This document shows positions 1-7,623 of a stretch of DNA of 58,168 nucleotides, piece by piece; position 1 is the stretch's first letter, and each line of letters starts with the position of its first letter. Position numbers and translations under genes: made by a program. The stretch is from a virus (lineage: Duplodnaviria > Caudoviricetes): positions 1-58,168 of the IMG/VR virus record IMGVR_UViG_3300010354_000103; one strand, 5' to 3'. The notes beneath the pieces are model-generated. The model was not told the DNA's origin. It saw only the letters and a list, made by a program, of their open reading frames with translations, and ran no database searches.

Positions 1-4
1 GGTT

Positions 5-94
5 TTAGGTTTCATCATCTTGTAAAGAAATAAGTTTACCAGTTAAGATTGCTGCAGGAATACTGAGAATAAACCAAATAATAAGAAAAGTCAT
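5..94 (-). CDS. small membrane peptide, 29 aa (MTFLIIWFILSIPAAILTGKLISLQDDET)
   Basis: Manual translation; ATGA overlap with the upstream ORF; one hydrophobic stretch. Confidence 0.45.
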   Translation of the reverse strand: MTFLIIWFILSIPAAILTGKLISLQDDET

Positions 95-306
95 TCAATC
101 ACCTCCCAGTGTGCGTCAGCTTTATCACCGAAACGATTAGTGCCAGTGCGAGTGCTGACCCAGAAGAAGTATTTGCGATTCTCAGCAGCGAGAAACAACT
201 CACCACCAGTATCCTGTTCTACAATACAGACAGGATTGCCTTCCATTGTGTTAGCAAGACGATTCTTTGCCTTACTACTCTTAGGTTTTACAGTGACTTT
301 CCTCAT
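91..306 (-). CDS. hypothetical phage protein, 71 aa
   Basis: ORF directly downstream of a sigma70-like promoter, co-oriented with neighbours. Confidence 0.7.
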   Translation of the reverse strand: MRKVTVKPKSSKAKNRLANTMEGNPVCIVEQDTGGELFLAAENRKYFFWVSTRTGTNRFGDKADAHWEVIE

Positions 307-351
307 GATTTTAGATGTTTGATCAGTTCGGGGAAGTTTGCTTTACCATGT

Positions 352-382
352 AATAATACACCAGCAACCACACCCATGTCAA
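352..382 (-). promoter_or_regulatory. sigma70-type early promoter TTGACA-N18-TATTAT
   Basis: Reverse complement reads cttgacatgggtgtggttgctggtgtattatta in an intergenic gap. Confidence 0.6.
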
Positions 383-426
383 GCAGGAAAAGGATTACTA
401 AAAATAATATGACGTATAACTTATCC

Positions 427-699
427 TTATCGCTCTTCTCCATGATTCCAATTCCAAGTCGGTGCTAAAATATCAATATCAACAGCAAATTTATGAACAA
501 AAAATATCAAACCAAACAATCTTCCTTGTCCCATGTGTATTTGTAAATACGGTCCACATGGATAATCCATCCATCCTAATGATAGTTGTAACAAAGAAAA
601 ATTTTTAATTATTTTTGGATAATGCTTATTCGTGTTTAATAACTGAATAGACCAGTCATGTCCATAGTCAATTCTATGTGTCAGTTTGATTAGTTTCAT
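427..699 (-). CDS. hypothetical protein, 90 aa
   Basis: ORF overlapping the upstream gene in a tightly packed run. Confidence 0.65.
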   Translation of the reverse strand: MKLIKLTHRIDYGHDWSIQLLNTNKHYPKIIKNFSLLQLSLGWMDYPCGPYLQIHMGQGRLFGLIFFVHKFAVDIDILAPTWNWNHGEER

Positions 700-1048
700 C
701 TCTTTTTATATCTGGGTGGGGGGCGTATAATGGTCCTTCATAATTACCAGCAAATTCACCTTTAATTTCTTCCCATGAATATGTTTTGACCTTACCAGTC
801 TCAACATCATTTGCCATTTGTAGAAGATACTCAAGAAACTCTTTATCATATACATCATCTTCATTCAAACTTGCCCAGAACCATTCAATACATTCTGTTT
901 CTGGGTCATCTTCTTTCATAAGAGCATAATTATCATAATTGGATGTCATCAAGTCAGTCCAAATACGAAATGTCATTCTCATACTCTGCCATCCTGTCAT
1001 CCAGCAATGACCAATCCAATATTCCCACCAGTTAAGTTTAGTTTTCAT
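674..1048 (-). CDS. hypothetical protein (probable start MKTKLNWWEYW)
   Basis: ATGA overlap with the stop of 1045..1695. Confidence 0.7.
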   Translation of the reverse strand: MKTKLNWWEYWIGHCWMTGWQSMRMTFRIWTDLMTSNYDNYALMKEDDPETECIEWFWASLNEDDVYDKEFLEYLLQMANDVETGKVKTYSWEEIKGEFAGNYEGPLYAPHPDIKRDETNQTDT

Positions 1049-1695
1049 AGATTTAAATATTTTTTTATTGGACAAGTACGATTTTCGAATAAACGTTTAT
1101 TCATTCCTTGAGACCCAACAATTTTGGGATCATTAGATACTCTTTGTTTGTGTATATTAGGTGGTATGTATTCATTTTTTATTAATTTAAATCCATCATT
1201 TAAATTATTACTATAAAATCTAACTCTGTACAGAGGATCTCCTTTTTCAATAATTACTGGTTTATTATTATCTACTATTTTTATAGCAACACTTATTGAT
1301 CTAGGATAATCAGCAAGATTCCACCATCCACCAATAACATACATGTTATTATTTAATGATGACATTGGATGATCTAACATTTCAAACCAAAGATTGTCAG
1401 CATCAGTCCAAAAATAATATAAAGGAAATTTTAATTGTATAATTGGATGATTTGATTCTAGTTCTGTAGCATCACTAATGACAACTGGAAAATGTTTTGG
1501 TATATCATATACAAGTTTCCCATTCTGTACGAATATAGAAAAATGTATGGGAGAATTAACGACGAACGTTCTATTAAATTTATGTTTCCAGACTGGACAC
1601 TCTTGGTATGTATGGTATTCTGTTTCTACTTCTCTTACAATATCATAACCATCAATTTCTGGTGGTTTTAATGGACAATAATGAACTTTAATCAT
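1045..1695 (-). CDS. hypothetical protein, 216 aa, possibly dUTPase-like beta fold
   Basis: Long ORF; C-terminal IIEKGDPLYRVRF resembles the end of dUTPase-fold proteins; function unassigned. Confidence 0.65.
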   Translation of the reverse strand: MIKVHYCPLKPPEIDGYDIVREVETEYHTYQECPVWKHKFNRTFVVNSPIHFSIFVQNGKLVYDIPKHFPVVISDATELESNHPIIQLKFPLYYFWTDADNLWFEMLDHPMSSLNNNMYVIGGWWNLADYPRSISVAIKIVDNNKPVIIEKGDPLYRVRFYSNNLNDGFKLIKNEYIPPNIHKQRVSNDPKIVGSQGMNKRLFENRTCPIKKYLNL

Positions 1696-1862
1696 TATAT
1701 AATTCCCATATATTTTAAGTATCTACGATACGCATGATATCGACCAAGTTTAGGCTGGTCTTTAACTCCCAACTGATGACAAATCTCACAATACATCAAA
1801 AACTCATACCATGGCGTAGTTGGGTCTAGCTCATGGTATGGGTAATCTTTAGAGTTTTCCAC
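1695..1862 (-). CDS. hypothetical protein, 55 aa, not in ORF track (VENSKDYPYHELDPTTPWYEFLMYCEICHQLG...)
   Basis: Manual translation from GTG; fills the gap exactly with a TAATG junction; CxxC motif. Confidence 0.65.
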   Translation of the reverse strand: MENSKDYPYHELDPTTPWYEFLMYCEICHQLGVKDQPKLGRYHAYRRYLKYMGII

Positions 1863-2094
1863 CGACTTTGCCATCGTTCATTACTCTACTGGTTTCAGCA
1901 TCCCATCCTTCTTGTCTACCTTTTAGATAGAATCGTGTGCCATCAATACATTGTTGCTCAGTCATAGCAGTAACTAGTTCTTCACCGTCTTTTGCTGCAC
2001 TGTGCCACAAACCATATTTTGTTTTATATACACGGAAGGCATCATCATACCATTCGTGTTCTGCAATCTCAGGATGCTCGTTTTGGGGGTTCAT
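1849..2094 (-). CDS. hypothetical protein, 81 aa
   Basis: ORF in tightly packed operon. Confidence 0.7.
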   Translation of the reverse strand: MNPQNEHPEIAEHEWYDDAFRVYKTKYGLWHSAAKDGEELVTAMTEQQCIDGTRFYLKGRQEGWDAETSRVMNDGKVGGKL

Positions 2095-2402
2095 TCAAAT
2101 TCTCCATTACGATTACTGATTTCTGCTGTGCTATATACGCCTTCAATTCGGGTGTTTCTTCCCATTCCCAGATTGTTCCATCCTTCTGAGTGTAAGACTT
2201 CTGAGTATTTTGGAGTTTCATAGATTTCAATGTTAATAGTTTGTTTGTCATTCCAGTGACGAATTACACCAGCGACAATAAAGCAGTTAGTGAGAAGATA
2301 AGTGATAAAAATTAATGTACGAACAATAGCAACTTGATCAGCTTCCTTGTCGTTTTTTCCTGCTTTTTGTCCCAGTGCCTTTGCCCACCAGCGCCACACC
2401 AT
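2091..2402 (-). CDS. hypothetical membrane protein (MVWRWWAKALG...)
   Basis: One TM-like segment (LIFITYLLTNCFIVAGVI); ATGA junction to the next gene. Confidence 0.65.
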   Translation of the reverse strand: MVWRWWAKALGQKAGKNDKEADQVAIVRTLIFITYLLTNCFIVAGVIRHWNDKQTINIEIYETPKYSEVLHSEGWNNLGMGRNTRIEGVYSTAEISNRNGEFE

Positions 2403-2553
2403 TCGTGGATACTTCATAATTTTTAGGATTAAGATTTTCTCGTTCAATAAGTTTATTCAAATGATCTTCATGCTTAAACCAACATACCCTATTTTCGTTT
2501 TTAATATCTAGTCGAATTGGAAAAGACTCGTGTGGAAATTTAGAATTAGTCAC
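2338..2553 (-). CDS. hypothetical protein, 71 aa
   Basis: ORF in tightly packed operon. Confidence 0.65.
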   Translation of the reverse strand: MTNSKFPHESFPIRLDIKNENRVCWFKHEDHLNKLIERENLNPKNYEVSTNGVALVGKGTGTKSRKKRQGS

Positions 2554-2731
2554 TTGCTCTCCATTGTGAAACTTTAGTACGAACAGTTTGAAACTCTTCT
2601 ACATGCTGAAGAATACGATGAGCTGCTTCTTTTGCAGTCTCTTGATCATCTTCATTCCAACTGGAAATTTCAGTCCACACATAGTAGATTTCATCAACAA
2701 TAGAATCAATCAGTTTGTCGTAATGAGTCAT
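2546..2731 (-). CDS. hypothetical protein, 61 aa
   Basis: ORF in tightly packed operon. Confidence 0.65.
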   Translation of the reverse strand: MTHYDKLIDSIVDEIYYVWTEISSWNEDDQETAKEAAHRILQHVEEFQTVRTKVSQWRASD

Positions 2732-2960
2732 TTTGTAGTTCTTTTTGTAATTGACTTGCCATTCTATTAATTTTTCTTTCCATTATCCATGCCGCTATTT
2801 TATTATTTGGATGATAAGCAGCAAGATAATAAAATCGTTTAATATTGACAACTACCATTTTTCCCATCAATTCAATAAATTTGCCAACATTAGGATCCAC
2901 CACAATCATGTATGCTAATACAGCAAAAATAATAAAGATGGCATAGTAGTATGTTGTCAT
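2706..2960 (-). CDS. hypothetical protein with N-terminal TM segment
   Basis: MTTYYYAIFIIFAVLAYMIVV; ATGA junction with the upstream gene. Confidence 0.7.
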   Translation of the reverse strand: MTTYYYAIFIIFAVLAYMIVVDPNVGKFIELMGKMVVVNIKRFYYLAAYHPNNKIAAWIMERKINRMASQLQKELQNDSLRQTD

Positions 2961-3145
2961 TCTTCTAATTCCCAATCATCTTTTTCTTTTTTACGAAGTT
3001 TTTTAAGTTCTTTCATCATAGTTTTAATTTCTTGATAAGCATCTTCAGGATTCATCCTGTTAGTGATTTCAAGACCTATGACATATTGAACTTTATCTCC
3101 AAAGCGAGCAAGTGCTCGCTCAAAAGCAGTTAAATCTTCATACAT
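2957..3145 (-). CDS. hypothetical protein, 62 aa
   Basis: ORF starting 2 nt after the methylase stop. Confidence 0.7.
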   Translation of the reverse strand: MYEDLTAFERALARFGDKVQYVIGLEITNRMNPEDAYQEIKTMMKELKKLRKKEKDDWELEE

Positions 3146-3147
3146 AT

Positions 3148-3993
3148 TTAGACCTCAACTAGAAACGATTCTAGCACGGATTTTGGTTTTTGTGTCGGAT
3201 GTTTGGGATGCTTGACAATCACCAACTCAGTTTTTTCGTACCGTTTGGTGCCAGACATTTGATAAGGAAATGTTAAATACCTAAATTCAGTCCATCCCTG
3301 GTACAATTCACGAACAGCATCACTGTTGTCATAAGACATCACGAACCCACCTTTATGATGCTTCAAGGTATCACAAAACTGTTCATGATCAAATGATTTG
3401 TGGAGAGCACCATCTTTGCCATAATAGTGGCTAACAGTCTCATAATATGGAGGATCCAGGTATAAAAAGTCATTTTCGTGCTTCGGGATGGTGTCGAAGC
3501 AACTGCCGTAGGCAAACGACAGGTTGGGGTTGTGAAAATTCCTAAGTTTATCGATTCCAGCAATTCTGAACTCTGCTCTAGATTTAACAGTGGAACATCC
3601 GATCTTACCTGAGTACGAACCCTTAATTGCAATGTAAAATGACCATGCTCGGGTGAACTTATCCTCACTATCTAACAACGGAAGGAAAGATTTGTAGTGA
3701 TCGCTATCAATCAAGGGGAAGTGCTTGGTAACCTCGTCAGCGATGCCAGGAGCGCCTCCAGCGGTCACAATCTCCCAGAAGTCGGCAAGGGGTCGAAAGA
3801 TGTCATATGCCTGTACCTTGACGCCCTGAGACGCCAGCAGCATCTCTGTGGATCCTCCTCCCATGAATGGAGACACGATCTCAGTGATGCCAGGATTCAC
3901 ATCACGAATGATCTGAATTAGATCTTTTTTCATCCTGTTCTTACCACCAGCGTAGCGATACAGGGAATGGTCAGTTAGTTTAGATGAGGCCAT
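3148..3993 (-). CDS. N6-adenine DNA methyltransferase (Dam/D12 class)
   Basis: RYAGGK (motif X), SPFMGGGS (motif I), YLDPPY (motif IV), MSYD, terminal ELVI. Confidence 0.92.
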   Translation of the reverse strand: MASSKLTDHSLYRYAGGKNRMKKDLIQIIRDVNPGITEIVSPFMGGGSTEMLLASQGVKVQAYDIFRPLADFWEIVTAGGAPGIADEVTKHFPLIDSDHYKSFLPLLDSEDKFTRAWSFYIAIKGSYSGKIGCSTVKSRAEFRIAGIDKLRNFHNPNLSFAYGSCFDTIPKHENDFLYLDPPYYETVSHYYGKDGALHKSFDHEQFCDTLKHHKGGFVMSYDNSDAVRELYQGWTEFRYLTFPYQMSGTKRYEKTELVIVKHPKHPTQKPKSVLESFLVEV

Positions 3994-4964
3994 GAATAGT
4001 TGTTACGAGTGACGTTACGGATGAACTTTTCTCTATTATAACCTGGATAGATGTGATTTGACAACTCTATGATCTCTGTGTTAAGAAGGGCATAGACATC
4101 ACGTTGAATCTTTCCATTCAAATAAGTGCTACGAAAGAGTCTGGCAGATTCGTAGATCTCCCGTGCTAGATCAGGATCACCAAACAAATATTCAGCAGCA
4201 ATAGTGCTCAGAATATCCACATAATTACCTTGTGTACCGCCAGCACGATCCTGTCCCGTTTTCACATGAATACGAAACTCACTAAGAGATGACATACCAA
4301 TATTTCTCCACACATATTTGTCGTACTTTGTAGTTGAACGTGTTTCCCAATATGTTCGTAGTTCGTCATCTTCCATAGAAAGAATCACAGATTTCTTTTT
4401 GTGACCTCGTTTCACAGCATCTTTCATATCCTTATACCATTTGGTATACTCACGTTCTCCCATATCATATCGATATTGGCAACGTTCCAAAAAGTTTTCA
4501 ACAGATTGCTTTTTATTTTCATTCACATTAGCTAGTACCAGCACCATATTATCTGGTCGATCTCCACCATTAGGATCAATATGTTCCACCTGAAAATCTA
4601 AAATATGGTAGGGACCATCACCTGTGTAAGCACAACAACGATCTTGGTTTAGATACATTTGAGTAATGAAAATGCCCCTAGAATTGGTAGGATTGACGCC
4701 AGGAGCATCAATAGATTGAATTTCTGGATTCCAGTAACCCTGCCTCAACTGCTGACCAGATTTACGAATATCTGCTCGCTCATCAGTCCTAAAGGTAGAA
4801 TACGCCTGCTGTGCTGATCCCCAACTGAAATCGTGGATTTTTGCTTGTTTGATAATTTCACTGGCAGGACCAGCGAGAATATGCTTACGAGCAACGACAC
4901 CTTCCAACTGTTTGTATGTCAACAGTTGGTCTTTGTAGTCAATTTTACGGGTGAGTTTAGTCAT
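3975..4964 (-). CDS. HNH endonuclease domain protein, 329 aa
   Basis: Q..CCAYTG...VEHIDP..GDRPDNMVLVLANVNENK (beta-beta-alpha-Me HNH pattern). Confidence 0.8.
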   Translation of the reverse strand: MTKLTRKIDYKDQLLTYKQLEGVVARKHILAGPASEIIKQAKIHDFSWGSAQQAYSTFRTDERADIRKSGQQLRQGYWNPEIQSIDAPGVNPTNSRGIFITQMYLNQDRCCAYTGDGPYHILDFQVEHIDPNGGDRPDNMVLVLANVNENKKQSVENFLERCQYRYDMGEREYTKWYKDMKDAVKRGHKKKSVILSMEDDELRTYWETRSTTKYDKYVWRNIGMSSLSEFRIHVKTGQDRAGGTQGNYVDILSTIAAEYLFGDPDLAREIYESARLFRSTYLNGKIQRDVYALLNTEIIELSNHIYPGYNREKFIRNVTRNNYSWPHLN

Positions 4965-6199
4965 CGGTTAACAACAGAAATAGCGGGTTTGCCTTGAACG
5001 AAAATAGTATCAACCAGATTCTGGAGACGTTGAATAGTACGCTGACCGTAGTTCTTGAAGACAGGAACAGTCACGAAACCAGTGGGTTTACGATACATGG
5101 AGAAGTTGCCAGCAGCAATCTTACCACTGGAGAGGTCAGCAGCGTCATCTTTGTTAAGACGGATAACCCTACCGATAGTCTGTGCCATCTCGATCACATC
5201 GAGAGTACGAAGAAGAATGGTGTGGGTGAGACCATGAACGTTGATACCCTCAGCAAGAATGCTATAGTGGAAAATTACAAATTTACGATTAGGATCTTTG
5301 CCCCACAGATTAAAAGTGTCAAAGAATACCTCACGATCAACCTTGTCACTGTTGACCCAAGCACCATACTTGCTAGTGATGTGAAGAACATCAAATCCAC
5401 GATCTTGCAGATCTTGAATAGCAGTAGTTTGAGACAACAGATTCCACATAACCTTGCTGCTAGGAACTGCCACAAGAATCTTGTGATTGACATCAGCATC
5501 CATCTCGTCAATCATGTTGATGAGAGTGACGTGATCAGTGTTACAAGCAAGATCACCCTTGAGACGTTCGTAGTCAACGATATAAGGGACAACAGTGGGA
5601 GGAAGGATATAACCTTGCTCAACCATTTCTGGGGCAGGAACATCACAGATTACTTTACCATACACATCGGCATCATTCATGCCAGGTTTAGCAAAGGTAT
5701 TAGAATGCTTGGGGGTAGCAGTAAAGAAGTAACAACGATCAGCAGCGGCAGAAAAGTATTCTGTGGCAGGAAAGAAGTTACGTTTTACAGAATTGTGTGC
5801 CTCATCGAAGTAGATAGTGTGGACATCTACACCAGACTGCTGTACCCGAGAGAGGGAGTTATAAGTTGTGAAAATCAGTTTGTTGTAGGAGTTATGACTC
5901 TCCACCCACTGATTAATGACATTAGGACGAGTCGTGCTGAAGTGATGAGTTTCACCACTGTGAACATGAAGAACCGAAGCATTAGTAATATGCTCAAGAA
6001 ATTCAGCAGACAGTTGCTCAGCAAGCAAAATGCGGGGAGCAACCACGACAATAGTGGCAGCATTCACCGTATCAAAGATACGCTTACAGTCAAAAATCAT
6101 GGTGGGAGTCTTACCAGCACCAGTGGGCATGACAAGTTGACCAATGTTATGCTGCTCCATAGCAGCACAACCACGCTGTTGATGGGGTCGAAGCAACAT
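4961..6199 (-). CDS. superfamily 2 (ResIII-like DEAH) helicase/ATPase
   Basis: LRPHQ Q-motif, PTGAGKT, FDEAH, TATP, EGIN, QTIGRVIR; start moved to MLLRPHQ downstream of the promoter. Confidence 0.9.
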   Translation of the reverse strand: MLLRPHQQRGCAAMEQHNIGQLVMPTGAGKTPTMIFDCKRIFDTVNAATIVVVAPRILLAEQLSAEFLEHITNASVLHVHSGETHHFSTTRPNVINQWVESHNSYNKLIFTTYNSLSRVQQSGVDVHTIYFDEAHNSVKRNFFPATEYFSAAADRCYFFTATPKHSNTFAKPGMNDADVYGKVICDVPAPEMVEQGYILPPTVVPYIVDYERLKGDLACNTDHVTLINMIDEMDADVNHKILVAVPSSKVMWNLLSQTTAIQDLQDRGFDVLHITSKYGAWVNSDKVDREVFFDTFNLWGKDPNRKFVIFHYSILAEGINVHGLTHTILLRTLDVIEMAQTIGRVIRLNKDDAADLSSGKIAAGNFSMYRKPTGFVTVPVFKNYGQRTIQRLQNLVDTIFVQGKPAISVVNR

Positions 6200-6224
6200 A
6201 AAGAATACGAATTTCAATACACAT

Positions 6225-6253
6225 AGTATGGCATAAAAAAAGGGGTCAGTCAA
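6225..6253 (-). promoter_or_regulatory. early promoter TTGACT-N17-CATACT overlapping a hairpin
   Basis: Reverse complement aggggtcTTGACTgaccccttttttatgcCATACT; the -35 box lies in the hairpin loop. Confidence 0.6.
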
Positions 6254-6260
6254 GACCCCT
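6235..6260 (-). terminator. Rho-independent terminator AGGGGTC-ttgact-GACCCCT plus T-run
   Basis: 7-bp stem followed by T-run, just after the tail-fibre operon. Confidence 0.7.
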
Positions 6261-6267
6261 GTGACAG

Positions 6268-6651
6268 TTATTCAACTGGTTGTGGTGACGGTATCAAATA
6301 TGAATATCCGTTTAAAGAATCATTAGCATATGCCAAACATCCACTACTAAAAATAAAAAACTGAACAAAATAGTCTGGATCTCCACTTTTATTTTGAGGA
6401 AAATTTTCTAATCCAAACTGATAAGCATCTTCTTCACTATCAAATTCTAAGAATGTAAATTCATTATACATGAATTTATCAAAGAAATCAACTCTATCAG
6501 AATCAAAATTAGATTTATAAACTGAGTAAATCTGATTTAGTTTTTCGGCATCCTCAGCAGCATCTGGACCTGTGGTTCTAATAATCATCACAGTTGTATC
6601 CAATCTTTCTGTGACATTCATAATAAATTCAATAAAATCTCTTGCTATCAT
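6268..6651 (-). CDS. hypothetical protein, 127 aa
   Basis: TAATG junction with the upstream gene. Confidence 0.75.
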   Translation of the reverse strand: MIARDFIEFIMNVTERLDTTVMIIRTTGPDAAEDAEKLNQIYSVYKSNFDSDRVDFFDKFMYNEFTFLEFDSEEDAYQFGLENFPQNKSGDPDYFVQFFIFSSGCLAYANDSLNGYSYLIPSPQPVE

Positions 6652-7598
6652 TATTCTTCTCCTACAGTGAATTTAGGGAAATCTTCAATATCATTTAGTA
6701 AAGAATACTTTTCAATCACATCATATAATTGTTTTGGAATGGGAACACCACCTTCTTTTGCTCTTACATATTCGTTAAGTGCTACTTTCAGTTTAGCGTC
6801 AACTTTACTCATTGCTGAAGAAGTGTTTAAATGAGTTTCATAAGGAACAAATTGATCTGGAGTTTCTAGATAATTAGATCCATCATTATTTGGATATTGT
6901 AATTTATATTCTTCAGGGTTAATAGGCCATTTAAAATCTTCTTTATAAATTAAAAAATCAATCTCTTCTTCGAAATCTTCTGGTTTTTTTGGAGAATTTC
7001 TAACAAATTCTCTCCATTTAATCCACAAATCTTTTTCTCCAGGAAATGATTCTGGAGCATCTGGTAGAATTCTCCAATCAGTTTCTCTAAGCATTCTTTC
7101 TGATGTAGAAAGAATATCTAAGTACATACTATCCAAAAACTCTTGTTTTCTAGCAATAGAAACTAATTGCTCATATTGTTTAATCTCTTCGTTTGTATTG
7201 TGAACAAATACTGCTGCTTTTAAAGCCTCAAAAAGTTCTTTAGCATTTTCCTGAGTGAAATTCTTATACGAATAATTTACCCAATATGTTTCTTTGGTTT
7301 CAAAATTATATTTTAGTTTTTCTTTTTCTAAGATAACTTTCCCATTTTGATGTACAGCAAATAATATAATTCTATCATTTTCATTTGTCCACTCATCAGG
7401 TAAATATTCCAACAAATTTTTATTTACAGTATCATTTAAATGAACTGCCTGGTATTCATATTCCTTAGTGGCAGGATTTACTACCCTCACATAAATCAAT
7501 CTTGCTTTTGCATCATACTCTATCAAAGTTGGATTATCTTCTGGCAATTCCAACTTCTGAAAGACAAAATCTTCAGGATTAAAAACAGGTTTGCTCAT
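6651..7598 (-). CDS. probable tail fibre assembly chaperone-domain protein
   Basis: MLRETDWRILPDAP...WIKWREFVRNSP...WPINP pattern typical of tail fibre assembly chaperones; follows the fibre gene. Confidence 0.65.
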   Translation of the reverse strand: MSKPVFNPEDFVFQKLELPEDNPTLIEYDAKARLIYVRVVNPATKEYEYQAVHLNDTVNKNLLEYLPDEWTNENDRIILFAVHQNGKVILEKEKLKYNFETKETYWVNYSYKNFTQENAKELFEALKAAVFVHNTNEEIKQYEQLVSIARKQEFLDSMYLDILSTSERMLRETDWRILPDAPESFPGEKDLWIKWREFVRNSPKKPEDFEEEIDFLIYKEDFKWPINPEEYKLQYPNNDGSNYLETPDQFVPYETHLNTSSAMSKVDAKLKVALNEYVRAKEGGVPIPKQLYDVIEKYSLLNDIEDFPKFTVGEE

Positions 7599-7615
7599 TG
7601 TTATCGTTTTTTTAC

Positions 7616-7623
7616 TATTTATT
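7616..7623 (-). promoter_or_regulatory. T4-type late promoter AATAAATA
   Basis: NATAAATA in a short intergenic gap. Confidence 0.5.

Noticed and set aside
4994-6226. 410-aa antisense ORF opposite the helicase
   Set aside because: Codon-aligned shadow of a gene with clear helicase motifs; TTG start and no recognisable domain. Avoidance of TTA/CTA/TCA codons in the sense frame explains it, although its length is notable
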